DNA of 62,856 nt, counting the filler, from Eubacteriales bacterium (GTDB lineage Bacteria; Bacillota; Clostridia; Oscillospirales; CAG-382), in the NCBI GenBank assembly GCA_045636665.1. It is 4 parts of 3 records of this genome, joined end to end, with 100 filler letters (N's around TTAATTAATTAA, not from the genome) between each part and the next. Parts side by side here need not be neighbours in the genome. Positions count along the whole stretch, not along the records: positions 29,800 to 34,856 come from JAZTXY010000086.1; positions 34,957 to 60,056 come from JAZTXY010000086.1; 2 more parts are not named here. One strand, given 5' to 3'. Of the stretch, positions 29,700 to 39,762 are shown piece after piece; the stretch's first letter is position 1; every line of letters begins with the position of its first letter. The translations under genes and the position numbers were made by a program. The notes below the pieces were generated by a model. The model saw only the letters and a program-made list of their open reading frames with translations. It did no database searches and had not been told where the DNA came from.

Positions 29700-29799
29700 N
29701 NNNNNNNNNNNNNNNNNNNNNNNNNNNNNNNNNNNNNNNNNNNTTAATTAATTAANNNNNNNNNNNNNNNNNNNNNNNNNNNNNNNNNNNNNNNNNNNN
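29700..29799. other. Artificial contig linker
   Basis: N-run containing TTAATTAATTAA. Confidence 0.98.
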
Positions 29800-29837
29800 A
29801 GGAGCAATACAGTAATAAATGCTAAAATGCGTTTCAT
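29800..29837 (-). CDS. 5' fragment of a secreted or lipoprotein gene (MKRILAFITVLL), cut by contig end
   Basis: RBS GGAGG, ATG at 29837, signal-peptide-like start, follows the DHHW gene. Confidence 0.6.
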
Positions 29838-29856
29838 ATTTATCCTCCGTTGGTTT

Positions 29857-31032
29857 TTATTGTACCGATGTAAACATTACGTTAGAAAGATTAGCGGTTT
29901 TGATAATATTTTCTGCGTTGTAAACGATAAGCACTGCGTCGGCTTCATAATAAGAAGCGGCAAACGCAACGTCTTGAATTATATCGAGGTTTATTGTAAC
30001 GATATTGAATTCTCTTGCCAAAAAGGGCACCAAGCAGTCGGAAAAGGAATCTCTTGCGATAAGAAGCGTTTTGCGCTCCTCACCCTTTTTTGTAACGCTT
30101 ACGGTGTTGTGCACACCGCCCATAAAGAGCGAATATTTGTCTTCGGTATCGACAAAGCTCTTCACATAAAAGCCGCCCATATCCTCACCGTCGGCGATAA
30201 CCTCGTATTCGTTATCGTCATCAAGATGCCATATTTCGATAACGTCTTTTTTAAAGAAGGGGAAATTAGCGCTTGCGGCGGTCGAGCCGATAAAGCCTTC
30301 TACCGATTCGATGTTAAATTCTTCCTTCGGTATTATCTTATCGCCGCATCCGAGCGATTCCATTATCTCGCAATAAACGTAATAAGCGCCAAGCGTTGTC
30401 CAATGGTGGTCGGTGCGGTAATAAACGTATTCACCCTGCTCGTATTTCGGCCGTAAAAGTGAAAGTGTATCGATATAACCCGTTTTTTCGTTTAAAACCT
30501 CGTTCATCATATCGAACATTTTATCGCCGTCGGGACGGTCATATTGGAATTTCGAATCGGCAATATCGATAGTTCTCGGAGGTAAAACCGTCACGAGCGG
30601 AACGCTTAATTTATCGGCAAGCTTATTTACCGATTCAAGCTGGACCTTGACCGAATCAAGATAAATTCGGTCGGTCTTTTTTTGCGACTGCTCGAATTCG
30701 TAAATATTGTTTGCCGCAAATTCCTTCATCGCAAGCTGGTCGTAGCTGTAAAGAACGCCGTTGTTTTCGCCCTTTCCAAGACCAAGCTCGGCGGCGCTTT
30801 TGATTTTTACAAAAAAGCTTCGCAAGGGGAATTGGTCGGCGTAATATTTGTTGATGTTCTTTGCGTATTCACCCGAAAAGAAATTCTCGGTATTAAGCTC
30901 GGGCGCTTGCTCGAGCGGTCGCTTTTCCTGCTCGGAATATTCGGCATCGGGAACGATATAAAAGGAAATCGCAAAAGAAAACACGATGAGGCAGAAAAAA
31001 ACGATTGTTATTAATTCGCTGTACTTTTTCAT
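29857..31032 (-). CDS. DHHW family (AlgJ/AlgX-like) O-acetyltransferase
   Basis: N-terminal TM, SEQEKRPL, DQFPLR, YYRTDHHWTTLGAY, RDSFS. Confidence 0.92.
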   Translation of the reverse strand: MKKYSELITIVFFCLIVFSFAISFYIVPDAEYSEQEKRPLEQAPELNTENFFSGEYAKNINKYYADQFPLRSFFVKIKSAAELGLGKGENNGVLYSYDQLAMKEFAANNIYEFEQSQKKTDRIYLDSVKVQLESVNKLADKLSVPLVTVLPPRTIDIADSKFQYDRPDGDKMFDMMNEVLNEKTGYIDTLSLLRPKYEQGEYVYYRTDHHWTTLGAYYVYCEIMESLGCGDKIIPKEEFNIESVEGFIGSTAASANFPFFKKDVIEIWHLDDDNEYEVIADGEDMGGFYVKSFVDTEDKYSLFMGGVHNTVSVTKKGEERKTLLIARDSFSDCLVPFLAREFNIVTINLDIIQDVAFAASYYEADAVLIVYNAENIIKTANLSNVMFTSVQ

Positions 31033-31046
31033 TGATTTCTACCTCC

Positions 31047-32432
31047 TTAAAAGATGTAATAAAGGAACGGCGAAAAGCTGTTGTCGACCATATAAGCAAT
31101 ACATACGGTGAACAAAAGCGCGACTGCGATAGGCGTTATCGCCGAAACAAAGGAGCATTTTTCCTGCAGTTTGCCAAATACCTTTTTCGGTAAGGGGGTG
31201 CAGGCAAGCGCGCAAATGACGATGAACGGCAATAATTTCAAAAGAGTATAGCCGATATTCGCGCTTGCAAAGGCGGTATTTATACCGACCAACTGCTTTG
31301 CCGTATCGCCAATTACCGAAAGGTCGGAATGGAAAAAGATTATCCAACCGAAGCCGACGATGATAAGCGAGTAAATATGACCGAGAGCGGGTATTTTTTG
31401 AAGCACCTTGCCCAAAAATGACTTTTCGATAACAAGGAATACCCAAAAATAAACGCCCCAGAGAAGGTAATTCCAATCGGCGCCGTGCCAAAAGCCGGTC
31501 AAAAACCAAACCGCGGCAAGGTTGAAGAATGCGCGCGGCTTGCTCACACGGTTGCCGCCCAACGGAATATATATGTATTCACGGAACCAAGTTGAAAGGG
31601 TAATGTGCCATCTTCTCCAAAAATCGGTAACGCTTTTTGCGATATAAGGATAATTGAAGTTTTCGACAAATTCAAAGCCGAACATTCTGCCCAAGCCGAT
31701 TGCCATATCCGAATAACCCGAAAAGTCGAAATAAATGTGGAAGGTATAGCAAAGCATTACCATCCAAGTGCCTACGACCGTAGTTTCGAATTCGTTATTG
31801 CGCTCCAAAAGCTCGGCAATGGCGGCGGCAGAGTCACCCAAAATCAGCTTTTTCGCAAGACCTGTAACAAATCTGTTTACGCCGGACGCGAACTTCGAAA
31901 CCGTTTCCTTTCTTTCCTCTAACTGATCGCACACATCCTTATATCTAACGATAGGACCTGCGATAAGCTGGGGGAAAAGCGTTACGTAGGTGCCGAAGGG
32001 AACGATTTTTTTCGCCAAAGGAACCTCGCCGCGGTAAAGGTCGATCGAATAGGACATTATTTGGAAGGTGTAAAAGGAAATGCCGACGGGAAGCGTTAAG
32101 CCCTCAATCGTTGCAAAGCCGATGTTTTCGGCAAAGAAATTATAGTATTTGAAAAACAAAAGAAACGATAAATTGCCTATCAAGGATATCGCGAGATATA
32201 TTTTAGCGCGTTTTTTATTCGTTTCGCGGTGCTTTTCGATGAAAAAACCGAAGATATATGCAATGAGTATCGAAACGATCATCAAGGCGATATATTTCGG
32301 TTCACCCCAACCGTAAAAGGCAAGCGAAACAACAAACAGCACCAAATTGCGCCATTTAAGCGGTGTAACGTAATAAACCGCAAGCGTTATCGCAAGATAT
32401 GCAAAAATAAAGATCAAGGACGAAAATACCAT
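31047..32432 (-). CDS. MBOAT family O-acyltransferase (AlgI/DltB-like)
   Basis: LPVGISFYTFQ, FPQLIAGPIVRY, YFDFSGYSDMAIG, FWRRWHITLS, GFWHGA. Confidence 0.96.
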   Translation of the reverse strand: MVFSSLIFIFAYLAITLAVYYVTPLKWRNLVLFVVSLAFYGWGEPKYIALMIVSILIAYIFGFFIEKHRETNKKRAKIYLAISLIGNLSFLLFFKYYNFFAENIGFATIEGLTLPVGISFYTFQIMSYSIDLYRGEVPLAKKIVPFGTYVTLFPQLIAGPIVRYKDVCDQLEERKETVSKFASGVNRFVTGLAKKLILGDSAAAIAELLERNNEFETTVVGTWMVMLCYTFHIYFDFSGYSDMAIGLGRMFGFEFVENFNYPYIAKSVTDFWRRWHITLSTWFREYIYIPLGGNRVSKPRAFFNLAAVWFLTGFWHGADWNYLLWGVYFWVFLVIEKSFLGKVLQKIPALGHIYSLIIVGFGWIIFFHSDLSVIGDTAKQLVGINTAFASANIGYTLLKLLPFIVICALACTPLPKKVFGKLQEKCSFVSAITPIAVALLFTVCIAYMVDNSFSPFLYYIF

Positions 32433-32643
32433 ATTTTTCTCCTCACTTATATAATTAAATTCATTCTAACACATAAAACCGAAAAAATAAAGAGTTTTTT
32501 TAAACTGTTTTTACCATACGATTAAGTTATTAAAGAAGTATTAAGAATCGTAAAATTTACGGCATATTCTTGACATAACGGTAAAAATAGGTTATCATTA
32601 GTAAATAATATAATAACGCGTTAAAATGAAAGGAAACGGCTTT

Positions 32644-33213
32644 ATGAAAAGAATGATTTTTGTGTTTTTGTCCTTGCTTCTCGCCTTTTCGCTTTGCGCT
32701 TGCGGAAGCGAAAGCACTGTATCCGACGGTGAAAGCGTTGCAACCGACAGCTCCGAATCCGTAAAAACAGTCGAGCTTGATATCAAGGCAGAGGCAGATG
32801 CGATTATTTCGAAATATGCGCTTTCGGGCGGCAGACGTTATACCTCCACCTCGCAAACGTCGGGCGAATATTTGGATGAGGACCTTATTCGTTCCTATTA
32901 CGGCGATGCGGTTAAAATGCCCGATTTCGGCAGCGTTGATTCCTATGAGGTTTATATCGACGAAACAAAACCGATAAATCCCTGCGAATTCGGTATTTTT
33001 AAAATGAAGGACGGCGCGGATACAGAAGCGTTTATTACGTTCTTAAAGGCGCGCATCAACAAAAAAATCGAAAATTCAAAGGCATATCCTTCGATGGATA
33101 CCGAACCGCTCAAAACCGCTGTCTTCACTGCAGAAGGCGGATACGTTTGGTATGCGGTGGTTAAGGGCGGCAACGCCGATATCGACAGCACCTTGAAAGG
33201 AAAATTCGAATAA
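32644..33213 (+). CDS. DUF4358-like lipoprotein
   Basis: Lipobox LCAC; EFGIFK..FLKARI..YP pattern; next to the MBOAT/DHHW locus. Confidence 0.7.
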   Translation: MKRMIFVFLSLLLAFSLCACGSESTVSDGESVATDSSESVKTVELDIKAEADAIISKYALSGGRRYTSTSQTSGEYLDEDLIRSYYGDAVKMPDFGSVDSYEVYIDETKPINPCEFGIFKMKDGADTEAFITFLKARINKKIENSKAYPSMDTEPLKTAVFTAEGGYVWYAVVKGGNADIDSTLKGKFE

Positions 33214-33518
33214 TGGTAAAGCATATCGTAATGTTCAAATTTCACGAAACCGCTTGCGGCAGAAGTAAAAAGGAAAACGTAAGCATCGCGGCGGAAATGC
33301 TTGGCGACCTTATGGGTAAGGTTCCGACGCTTCTCTCGTCGCAGGTGTTTATCAATTCCGATTCTGCCGATAAAAGCAATTATGACCTTGTGCTCGTGAC
33401 CGAATTTAACGGCTTTGACGAGCTTAATGAATACGCAACCCATCCGTTGCATTTAAAGGTCGTTGATTTTATTAAGGAAGTTCGCGAAAGCCGCGCGTGT
33501 GTCGATTATGAGTTTTGA
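33213..33518 (+). CDS. Dabb family (stress-responsive A/B barrel) protein
   Basis: MVKHIVMFKF, YDLVL, YATHPLH, RACVDYE. Confidence 0.92.
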   Translation: MVKHIVMFKFHETACGRSKKENVSIAAEMLGDLMGKVPTLLSSQVFINSDSADKSNYDLVLVTEFNGFDELNEYATHPLHLKVVDFIKEVRESRACVDYEF

Positions 33519-33690
33519 TGCACTTTGCGAAACCTGCGAATTTGCCCGTATCGACGAAGAAACGGGGGATTTGGTTTGCGACGCCTTGCTCGACGAGGAT
33601 GAAATGGTCGATTTTATGATGCAAGGCAACAAAAAATGCAGGTATTATCGTTTTTACGACGAATACAAAACAGTACAGAAACAAAATTGA
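33508..33690 (+). CDS. Small Cys-rich protein (DUF6472-like)
   Basis: CETC..C..LDEDEM..C.YY..DEYKTVQKQN. Confidence 0.78.
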   Translation: MSFDALCETCEFARIDEETGDLVCDALLDEDEMVDFMMQGNKKCRYYRFYDEYKTVQKQN

Positions 33691-33702
33691 AAGGCAAAAA
33701 CC

Positions 33703-34856
33703 ATGAAAAGAACAGTAAGCGTTATTTTATCGTTATTGCTTGTTGCAACGCTGTTTGCTTCTTTAGGCACCGTTAGCGCGGCGGCCGGCAAAAAAATAAC
33801 AAACACCAATCCCGCTATCACCGCAAACGTCGGCGATAAAATCAATCTGTCCGATTATTCCGTTGTTTTTAACGGCGATAAGGATGCTACCGAAGATGTA
33901 GATTGGACCAACGAATCGGGAGCCTCGGTTTCCGATATCACTCCCGATAAAAAGGGCGTCACAAAGCTCGTTGCTTCGAGCGGAAGCAAAAAAATCAACG
34001 TATACGTTGTTGCAAAAGAAGCAAACGAAACCGAATACGTACTTTTTGAGGATGATTTTTCTAAATATGAATCGTTAAACGAGCTCAGGAGCAACGGATA
34101 CGTTATTCCTCAGAACGCAAGCTTGCAGGACGGTACGCTCATTCTCGGTGATAAGAATGACGGCTATGCAAGAGTGATTCTTCCCGAATGGTTGGGCGAT
34201 TTCGGCGATTATTCGATCACTACTGACGTTAAAATGCTCGAAACCACCGATACCGGCCGTTGGTTCGGTCTTGTTTACCGTATCCAAAACACAAACGGCA
34301 AATATTTCCCCTATTACCACATGTGCGTACGTGAAAACACCGAAACATCCAACGGTATTGAATTTGCAGAACGCACTCCCCAAGACGCATGGAACGTTGC
34401 CGTTACCGCATCGGGCGACGTTTCTTCGATGAAGAACGATTACTATAAGGTAAACGTTACCGCATTCGAAAAAATTATTGAGAACAGCATAAACGGCGAG
34501 GCAGCTGTTTTTGTAAACGAAGCTGTAGTAGGTAAAACCACAGGTCTTTACACCAAGGGTATGATCGGTTTTACCATGAACTACGGCAAGGCATCGATCA
34601 AGGGCGTAAAGGTCATCGTTCAGACCGAAGCTCCCGTACAAAAGGCAAAAAAGCTTGACCTTATCAATAACGCGCACGACGAGCTTAACCTTATCAACCA
34701 AATCGCTAACGTTCAAAAGGTTGAAGGCGGCAAGGTTATCGACACGCTTTCTGCCGATAAGGCTCCCGGCATCGTGATGGTTAACGTAAAAGACGTTGCC
34801 GATATGACTCAGGTGGTTAATAAGTGTATCGAAAAACAAGTCATTCCCACCTTCGT
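33703..34856 (+). CDS. Secreted modular protein with concanavalin/DUF1080-like domain (truncated by contig end)
   Basis: Signal peptide; LFEDDFS, DYSITTDVK, WFGLVYR, GMIGF beta-sandwich motifs. Confidence 0.75.
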
Positions 34857-34956
34857 NNNNNNNNNNNNNNNNNNNNNNNNNNNNNNNNNNNNNNNNNNNN
34901 TTAATTAATTAANNNNNNNNNNNNNNNNNNNNNNNNNNNNNNNNNNNNNNNNNNNN
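34857..34956. other. Artificial contig linker
   Basis: N-run containing TTAATTAATTAA. Confidence 0.98.
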
Positions 34957-35121
34957 TTCTTTTCTAATAATATTGTTATCAAGGGTATTATCAATTTGCG
35001 GTTCAGACAAAATATGAATTACAGATTGGATAACTTGTTCATTGTATGTTTTTTTCGGATATGCTCGTAACATAGTTAATACGGCATGGATATCATGAAA
35101 ATCATAATTCATAAGCAGCAT
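34957..35121 (-). CDS. Hypothetical protein 5' fragment, AT-rich (truncated by contig end)
   Basis: RBS AAAGGTGG upstream of ATG; frame open into the gap. Confidence 0.55.
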
Positions 35122-35179
35122 ATTCTCACCACCTTTCTTTCACCATACCACATCTTTGGGAAAAAGTAAACCCAACGCG

Positions 35180-35208
35180 GTATAATTTTATGAAAGCGAC
35201 AAACACTA
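35180..35208 (+). promoter_or_regulatory. Possible sigma-G/sigma-F promoter of spoVT
   Basis: GTATA-17 nt-AACACTA resembles the forespore sigma consensus; spoVT is sigma-G dependent in Bacillus. Confidence 0.4.
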
Positions 35209-35243
35209 ACAATGCAATTTGTAAATTAAGGAGAAATTTATAT

Positions 35244-35777
35244 ATGAAAGCAACAGGTATTGTGAGAAGAATCGACGACCTTGGTCGTGTGGTTATTCCG
35301 AAAGAGATAAGACGGACGATGCGTATACGCGAGGGCGATCCGTTGGAGATATACACCGAAACCGACGGGGGAGTGGTGTTCCGTAAATATTCGCCCGTGG
35401 GCGAATTGAGTCGAGTGTCGGCGGAATATGCCGAGGCGATAAACCGAACGAGCGGTATTCCTATTGTAATCTGCGACCGCGACAGCGTTGTGGCGGTTGC
35501 CGGAGTGCCGCGAAAGGATTACGTTGAAAAGCCGATTTCAAATGGGCTTTCGGGTGTGCTTTCCACAAGGCGAAGCTATTCAAGAGATAACAATTCGGCA
35601 CAGATTAAGGTTACTGAGCAGGGCGGAGAGGTGAACTATCTTTCGCCGATAGTAAGCGAGGGTAACGTCATCGGTGCGGTAATGTCGCTTAAGCAGGACG
35701 GAAAAACGCCCGACGGAAGCGAAAAAAAGCTTGTCGACGCAGGCGCTTATTTTATGTCGACACAAACCGAAATATGA
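35244..35777 (+). CDS. spoVT: Stage V sporulation protein T (AbrB-family regulator)
   Basis: MKATGIVRRIDDLGRVVIPKEIRRTMRIREGDPLEI plus GAF-like C-terminus; RBS AAGGAG. Confidence 0.95.
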   Translation: MKATGIVRRIDDLGRVVIPKEIRRTMRIREGDPLEIYTETDGGVVFRKYSPVGELSRVSAEYAEAINRTSGIPIVICDRDSVVAVAGVPRKDYVEKPISNGLSGVLSTRRSYSRDNNSAQIKVTEQGGEVNYLSPIVSEGNVIGAVMSLKQDGKTPDGSEKKLVDAGAYFMSTQTEI

Positions 35778-35808
35778 AAACGGCAGAGAAAATTCTCTGC
35801 CGTTTTTT
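35777..35808. terminator. Bidirectional terminator
   Basis: AAAACGGCAGAGAA/TTCTCTGCCGTTTT. Confidence 0.75.
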
Positions 35809-35820
35809 GCGTTTGAATAA

Positions 35821-36381
35821 TTATTTAACGGTGGTGACTTTGTCGAGTACGGAGTTGATTTCGTCAGCGCCGACAAGACTGGTAACAACGAGGCTGATGA
35901 ACTTGCCGTCGTGCTGTGTCGCAAAGAACGTCTGATAAACGGTAACGCCGCTTTGGGTAAGTTTTGCATCAAAACCGGTGTATTCCTTGCCTGCGATAGT
36001 CTTTTTGTACTGTTCGCTGAAGGTGTAGCCCGAAACGGAAGAGGTCATACCGTTTTTTACGTTATCGAGATAGCCATTAGCGTCAAGACTGTTGCCGGGA
36101 TTGTTTTCAAACACGATAGCCAACTGTCTGCCTTCGGTAGCGACACCTGCGATAAGACCGCAATCGGTGGTAGCGTTTTCAAAGCTTTGGTAATCGGAAG
36201 CAGCGCCTGCTTTCCAAGTGGTGCTGTCTAATTCGAACTTGATGTTTGCCCATTCGTTGGTGTAAACGTTGTTTTCAATGGTGCCTTTGGTGTAATCGAT
36301 GCCGTCGCCGCCACATGCTACGAGAGCGAAGAGAGAGCAAGCTACCAAAAGAGCTGCAAGAATTTTCTTAGTCATTTTCAT
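35821..36381 (-). CDS. Hypothetical lipoprotein
   Basis: Lipobox LVAC-G; RBS AAAGGAG; soluble domain. Confidence 0.82.
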   Translation of the reverse strand: MKMTKKILAALLVACSLFALVACGGDGIDYTKGTIENNVYTNEWANIKFELDSTTWKAGAASDYQSFENATTDCGLIAGVATEGRQLAIVFENNPGNSLDANGYLDNVKNGMTSSVSGYTFSEQYKKTIAGKEYTGFDAKLTQSGVTVYQTFFATQHDGKFISLVVTSLVGADEINSVLDKVTTVK

Positions 36382-36551
36382 CGAAAATAACTCCTTTCAT
36401 TTAATCGGCAATGCCGGAATTGTTTGTCATAGCATATAGTATAAAGGCGAGATTTTTATGAAATACGTAATGAATCAATCATATCGCCTGTTTTCTGCTA
36501 ATGCTTTAGACGGTTAATTCATTATATCACAAAAAACGATTTTGTCAAGGG

Positions 36552-37448
36552 TTACGTCAAAAACTGAACCGCTTGAACGGTGATGCCCGAAATTGCGCCG
36601 ATTGCATAAAGCAATGCGACAATACCGAGGTTAGATTTAACACCGCGGTTAACGCGGAATAACACGATAAGACCTGCGCCTGCGCCCGTACAAAGCCCTG
36701 CGATGACCGAGCCGAGCGAGATTGCGCCTTCGATATAAAGCTCGGCAAGAATGACCGAGGGCGCGCAGTTGGGGATAAGACCGATAAGCGCGGTAAGAAG
36801 CGGTTGGAATATACTGTCGGTAAGCATAATTTCCTGCAATCTTGCTTCGCCGATAAGTTCGATAATATATCCGAGCGCGAAATTTGCCGCGAAAAGGAAC
36901 GCGAATACCGAAGCGGTGCGCTTTATTGTGCATTTGATAATCGCTTTCCAATCGGTATGCGAGCAACAATGCTCCTCGCCGATAAGCTCCTCGTCATCAC
37001 AGCTGTCATCGCGGTGGTGGCGGTGGTGGCATTCCTCGGCTTTTGACTTTTTGCGAAGAATAAAATCGATAAAATAGCCTGCGGCAAGTGCAACGGCAAG
37101 CTTTATGCCCATAACCCAAAGGATATCCAAAATTCTGTCGGGCTTGGTGAGCATAACAAGCAACGCTTCGTCAGAGGTGGAGAGATAGATTGCAATAAGC
37201 GTTCCGAGCGTTATGATGCGTTTGGCATAAAAGTTCGAGCCGATTACCGAAAAACCGCATTGCGGTATAAGTCCGAGCAAAGCGCCTGCAAAAGGGCCTG
37301 CTTTTCCTGCTTTTTCGATTATGTGCGAGCTTTTTTTCTCGATTTTGGCTTCTATATATTCAAGTATGAAAAAAGCGATTGCCAAAAAGGGAAGCATCTT
37401 GAGCGAATCGATCGCGGAATGCTCAAGCGCGTGTAAAAATTCGTGCAT
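36552..37448 (-). CDS. Putative manganese/metal transporter (permease)
   Basis: GLIPQCGFS, LSTSDEA, His/Cys-rich loop, GLIPNCAPSV; multiple TM. Confidence 0.85.
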   Translation of the reverse strand: MHEFLHALEHSAIDSLKMLPFLAIAFFILEYIEAKIEKKSSHIIEKAGKAGPFAGALLGLIPQCGFSVIGSNFYAKRIITLGTLIAIYLSTSDEALLVMLTKPDRILDILWVMGIKLAVALAAGYFIDFILRKKSKAEECHHRHHRDDSCDDEELIGEEHCCSHTDWKAIIKCTIKRTASVFAFLFAANFALGYIIELIGEARLQEIMLTDSIFQPLLTALIGLIPNCAPSVILAELYIEGAISLGSVIAGLCTGAGAGLIVLFRVNRGVKSNLGIVALLYAIGAISGITVQAVQFLT

Positions 37449-37590
37449 AAAATTAATTCCTTAACTGCTGATTTTAACAGTGCAACATTGTAATTATAAA
37501 CGTGCATAAAAAACTTGTCAAGGATTTTTTGCGATGCTTGAAAAAACGGTTCAAAGGATATATAATAAGAACGAAAGGATGTGTTTGATT

Positions 37591-38304
37591 GTGATAGATA
37601 AATTAAAGCAATATATCGATGAAGCCGAAAATATCGTTTTCTTCGGGGGCGCGGGGGTATCAACAGAAAGCGGGCTTAAGGACTTCCGCTCTGCCGACGG
37701 CATTTACAGTATGAAATTTGAATATCCTCCCGAAACGATGCTCTCGCACAGCTTTTTCAAAAGGCATCCCAACGAGTTTTATTCCTTCTACCGCGAGATG
37801 ATGATAGCAAAGGATATTCTTCCCAATGCGGCGCATTACGCAATCGCAAAGCTTGAGGAGATGGGCAAATTAAAGGCGGTTATAACCCAAAATATCGACG
37901 GATTGCACCAAATGGCAGGAAGCAAAAACGTTTTTGAGCTTCACGGAAGCACAAAGCGCAATTATTGTATCCGTTGCGGTAAATTTTTCGATGAGGAATT
38001 TGTAAATTCCTGCAAGGAAGCGCCGATATGCGAATGCGGAGGACTTGTTAAGCCCGACGTCGTGCTTTACGAGGAGCCGCTGGATGCAAAAACGCTTGAG
38101 GGTGCGATTTCGGCAATCGCTTCTGCCGATCTGCTTATCGTTGCAGGCACGTCGCTCACCGTCTATCCTGCCGCTGGGCTTATCAATTACTTTAACGGCA
38201 AGCATATTGTGCTTATAAACCGTGACGCGACGCCCTTTGACGACCGCGCCGACATCGTTATCCGCGAGCCTGTCGGAAAAACCTTGGGAAAGGTTGTCGG
38301 ATAA
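37591..38304 (+). CDS. cobB: NAD-dependent protein deacylase (Sir2 family)
   Basis: GGAGVSTESG..DFRS, TQNIDGLH, HGS, CxxC..CxC, KPDVVLYEE, GTSL.VYPAA; start approximate. Confidence 0.94.
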   Translation: MIDKLKQYIDEAENIVFFGGAGVSTESGLKDFRSADGIYSMKFEYPPETMLSHSFFKRHPNEFYSFYREMMIAKDILPNAAHYAIAKLEEMGKLKAVITQNIDGLHQMAGSKNVFELHGSTKRNYCIRCGKFFDEEFVNSCKEAPICECGGLVKPDVVLYEEPLDAKTLEGAISAIASADLLIVAGTSLTVYPAAGLINYFNGKHIVLINRDATPFDDRADIVIREPVGKTLGKVVG

Positions 38305-38418
38305 AGGAAATATAATGTAAGTAATTGTAAATAAAGTGTGCACAAAACGTCATACCACTTGCCAAGAAGCTTAATGTGTGGTATCATAATACGTATGCTT
38401 TTAAACACGGAGGCAATT

Positions 38419-39651
38419 ATGGAAAATAAAGAACAAAGCGAAAAACTGTCGTTTTCGGAATGGGTTGAAAATACCTGGTATCACCATAAATGGATGATAA
38501 TTTTTGCCGGAATGATGATTCTTTTCGTAATTATCAGTATCGGTCAGCTTATTTCGAGCAGCAGTGCCGACGTAAACATTCTTCACGTCGGACCGATGTA
38601 TATCTCGCCCGAGGCGGCAAATCAAATCGAAACTACGCTTGGCGAGCTTTCCGATGATTATAACGGCGACGGCGAATTTGTTGCGGATATTCTCGATATC
38701 ACGGTCGATAAGGTGCCCGACGGTCAGGGCGGTACCGTGAATTACGACCAAGGCAACCAAGCTATGCAACGCTTTCAGACCGAAATACGCGCAGGCGATG
38801 CGGTAATTTATGCGCTCGATAAATATTATTTCGATATCTGTCTTAAGGAAGGTCTTCTTACCCCGTTAGCGGATATCATCGACGATGCCGATATGCCTGC
38901 AAATACCGTCAAGGATGAAAACGGCGTTATTTTCGGCGTTTACGTTTCGGATTTGGATGCGTATTCTCTTTCGGGAATAGAAAATATTCCCGCAACCGCC
39001 ATTCTTTGCTTGCGCCGCTCACCCGAAAACGATCAGATCGGATATGGCAGAACGGTAGAGGAATGGAACGGCAACCGCAAGACCTTTGTCAATCTTATAA
39101 AGTACCGCGATAAGGATAAGGTCGTTAACGATATCGACGTTATGTATGCCGGCTTTAATAACGTATATTCCGATGCCGAGGATGCTTTTAAAACCACCTT
39201 TAAGTCGTTTGCCGATAAAAATGAAGCGCTTTTCGAAATCAAGAGCATCATTTTGGAAGGCAATATTACCGCGCTCGATGAAACTGCGGCAAACCTTTTG
39301 GCGGTCAAGGAGTTTGAAAAGGAAATTTTCGCAGGCGATTCGATGATATTCATACTCGACAAGCAAATGTTTGATATTTGCGTGGAAAACGATATTCTCG
39401 CATCGTTTGAAACGGTTTTCGGCAAGGACAATATGCCCGAGGGCGTCATCGCAGACTGTGGTATATATCTTTCGTCGCTCGGTGTAAAGGAGCTCGGAGG
39501 ATTCAGCGAATTGTCGCCCAACACGGTGATTTGTATTCGCCGTTCACCCGATAGCGAAACGGTAAAATACGGCCGTTTGCAATCGGCATGGGAAAGCAAC
39601 CGCGATATTTTTGTAAAACTTATTAATTATAAGGCGGAAAATGCCGAATAA
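38419..39651 (+). CDS. Membrane-anchored extracellular protein with two tandem homologous domains
   Basis: WVENTWYHHKW plus TM anchor; duplicated EI.AGD..I..LDK..FDIC and C.RRSP..YGR..W..NR..FV.LI.Y; RBS GGAGG. Confidence 0.82.
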   Translation: MENKEQSEKLSFSEWVENTWYHHKWMIIFAGMMILFVIISIGQLISSSSADVNILHVGPMYISPEAANQIETTLGELSDDYNGDGEFVADILDITVDKVPDGQGGTVNYDQGNQAMQRFQTEIRAGDAVIYALDKYYFDICLKEGLLTPLADIIDDADMPANTVKDENGVIFGVYVSDLDAYSLSGIENIPATAILCLRRSPENDQIGYGRTVEEWNGNRKTFVNLIKYRDKDKVVNDIDVMYAGFNNVYSDAEDAFKTTFKSFADKNEALFEIKSIILEGNITALDETAANLLAVKEFEKEIFAGDSMIFILDKQMFDICVENDILASFETVFGKDNMPEGVIADCGIYLSSLGVKELGGFSELSPNTVICIRRSPDSETVKYGRLQSAWESNRDIFVKLINYKAENAE

Positions 39652-39762
39652 ACGCACGACAAGACGCAAACAAACGAAATTTACTATTGCAAAACGCGAT
39701 TAATTATGATACAATGAATCTAATCGTTAAAATCTAATCGTATAATCCGGAGGATTTTTAAA

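Noticed and set aside
29700..29799. TTAATTAATTAA palindrome inside N-runs (also 34857-34956 and 60057-60156)
   Set aside because: Identical 100-nt spacers with stops in all six frames are assembly linkers. The truncations of hflX, hppA and the two secreted proteins are not pseudogenes, and cross-gap synteny is uninformative.
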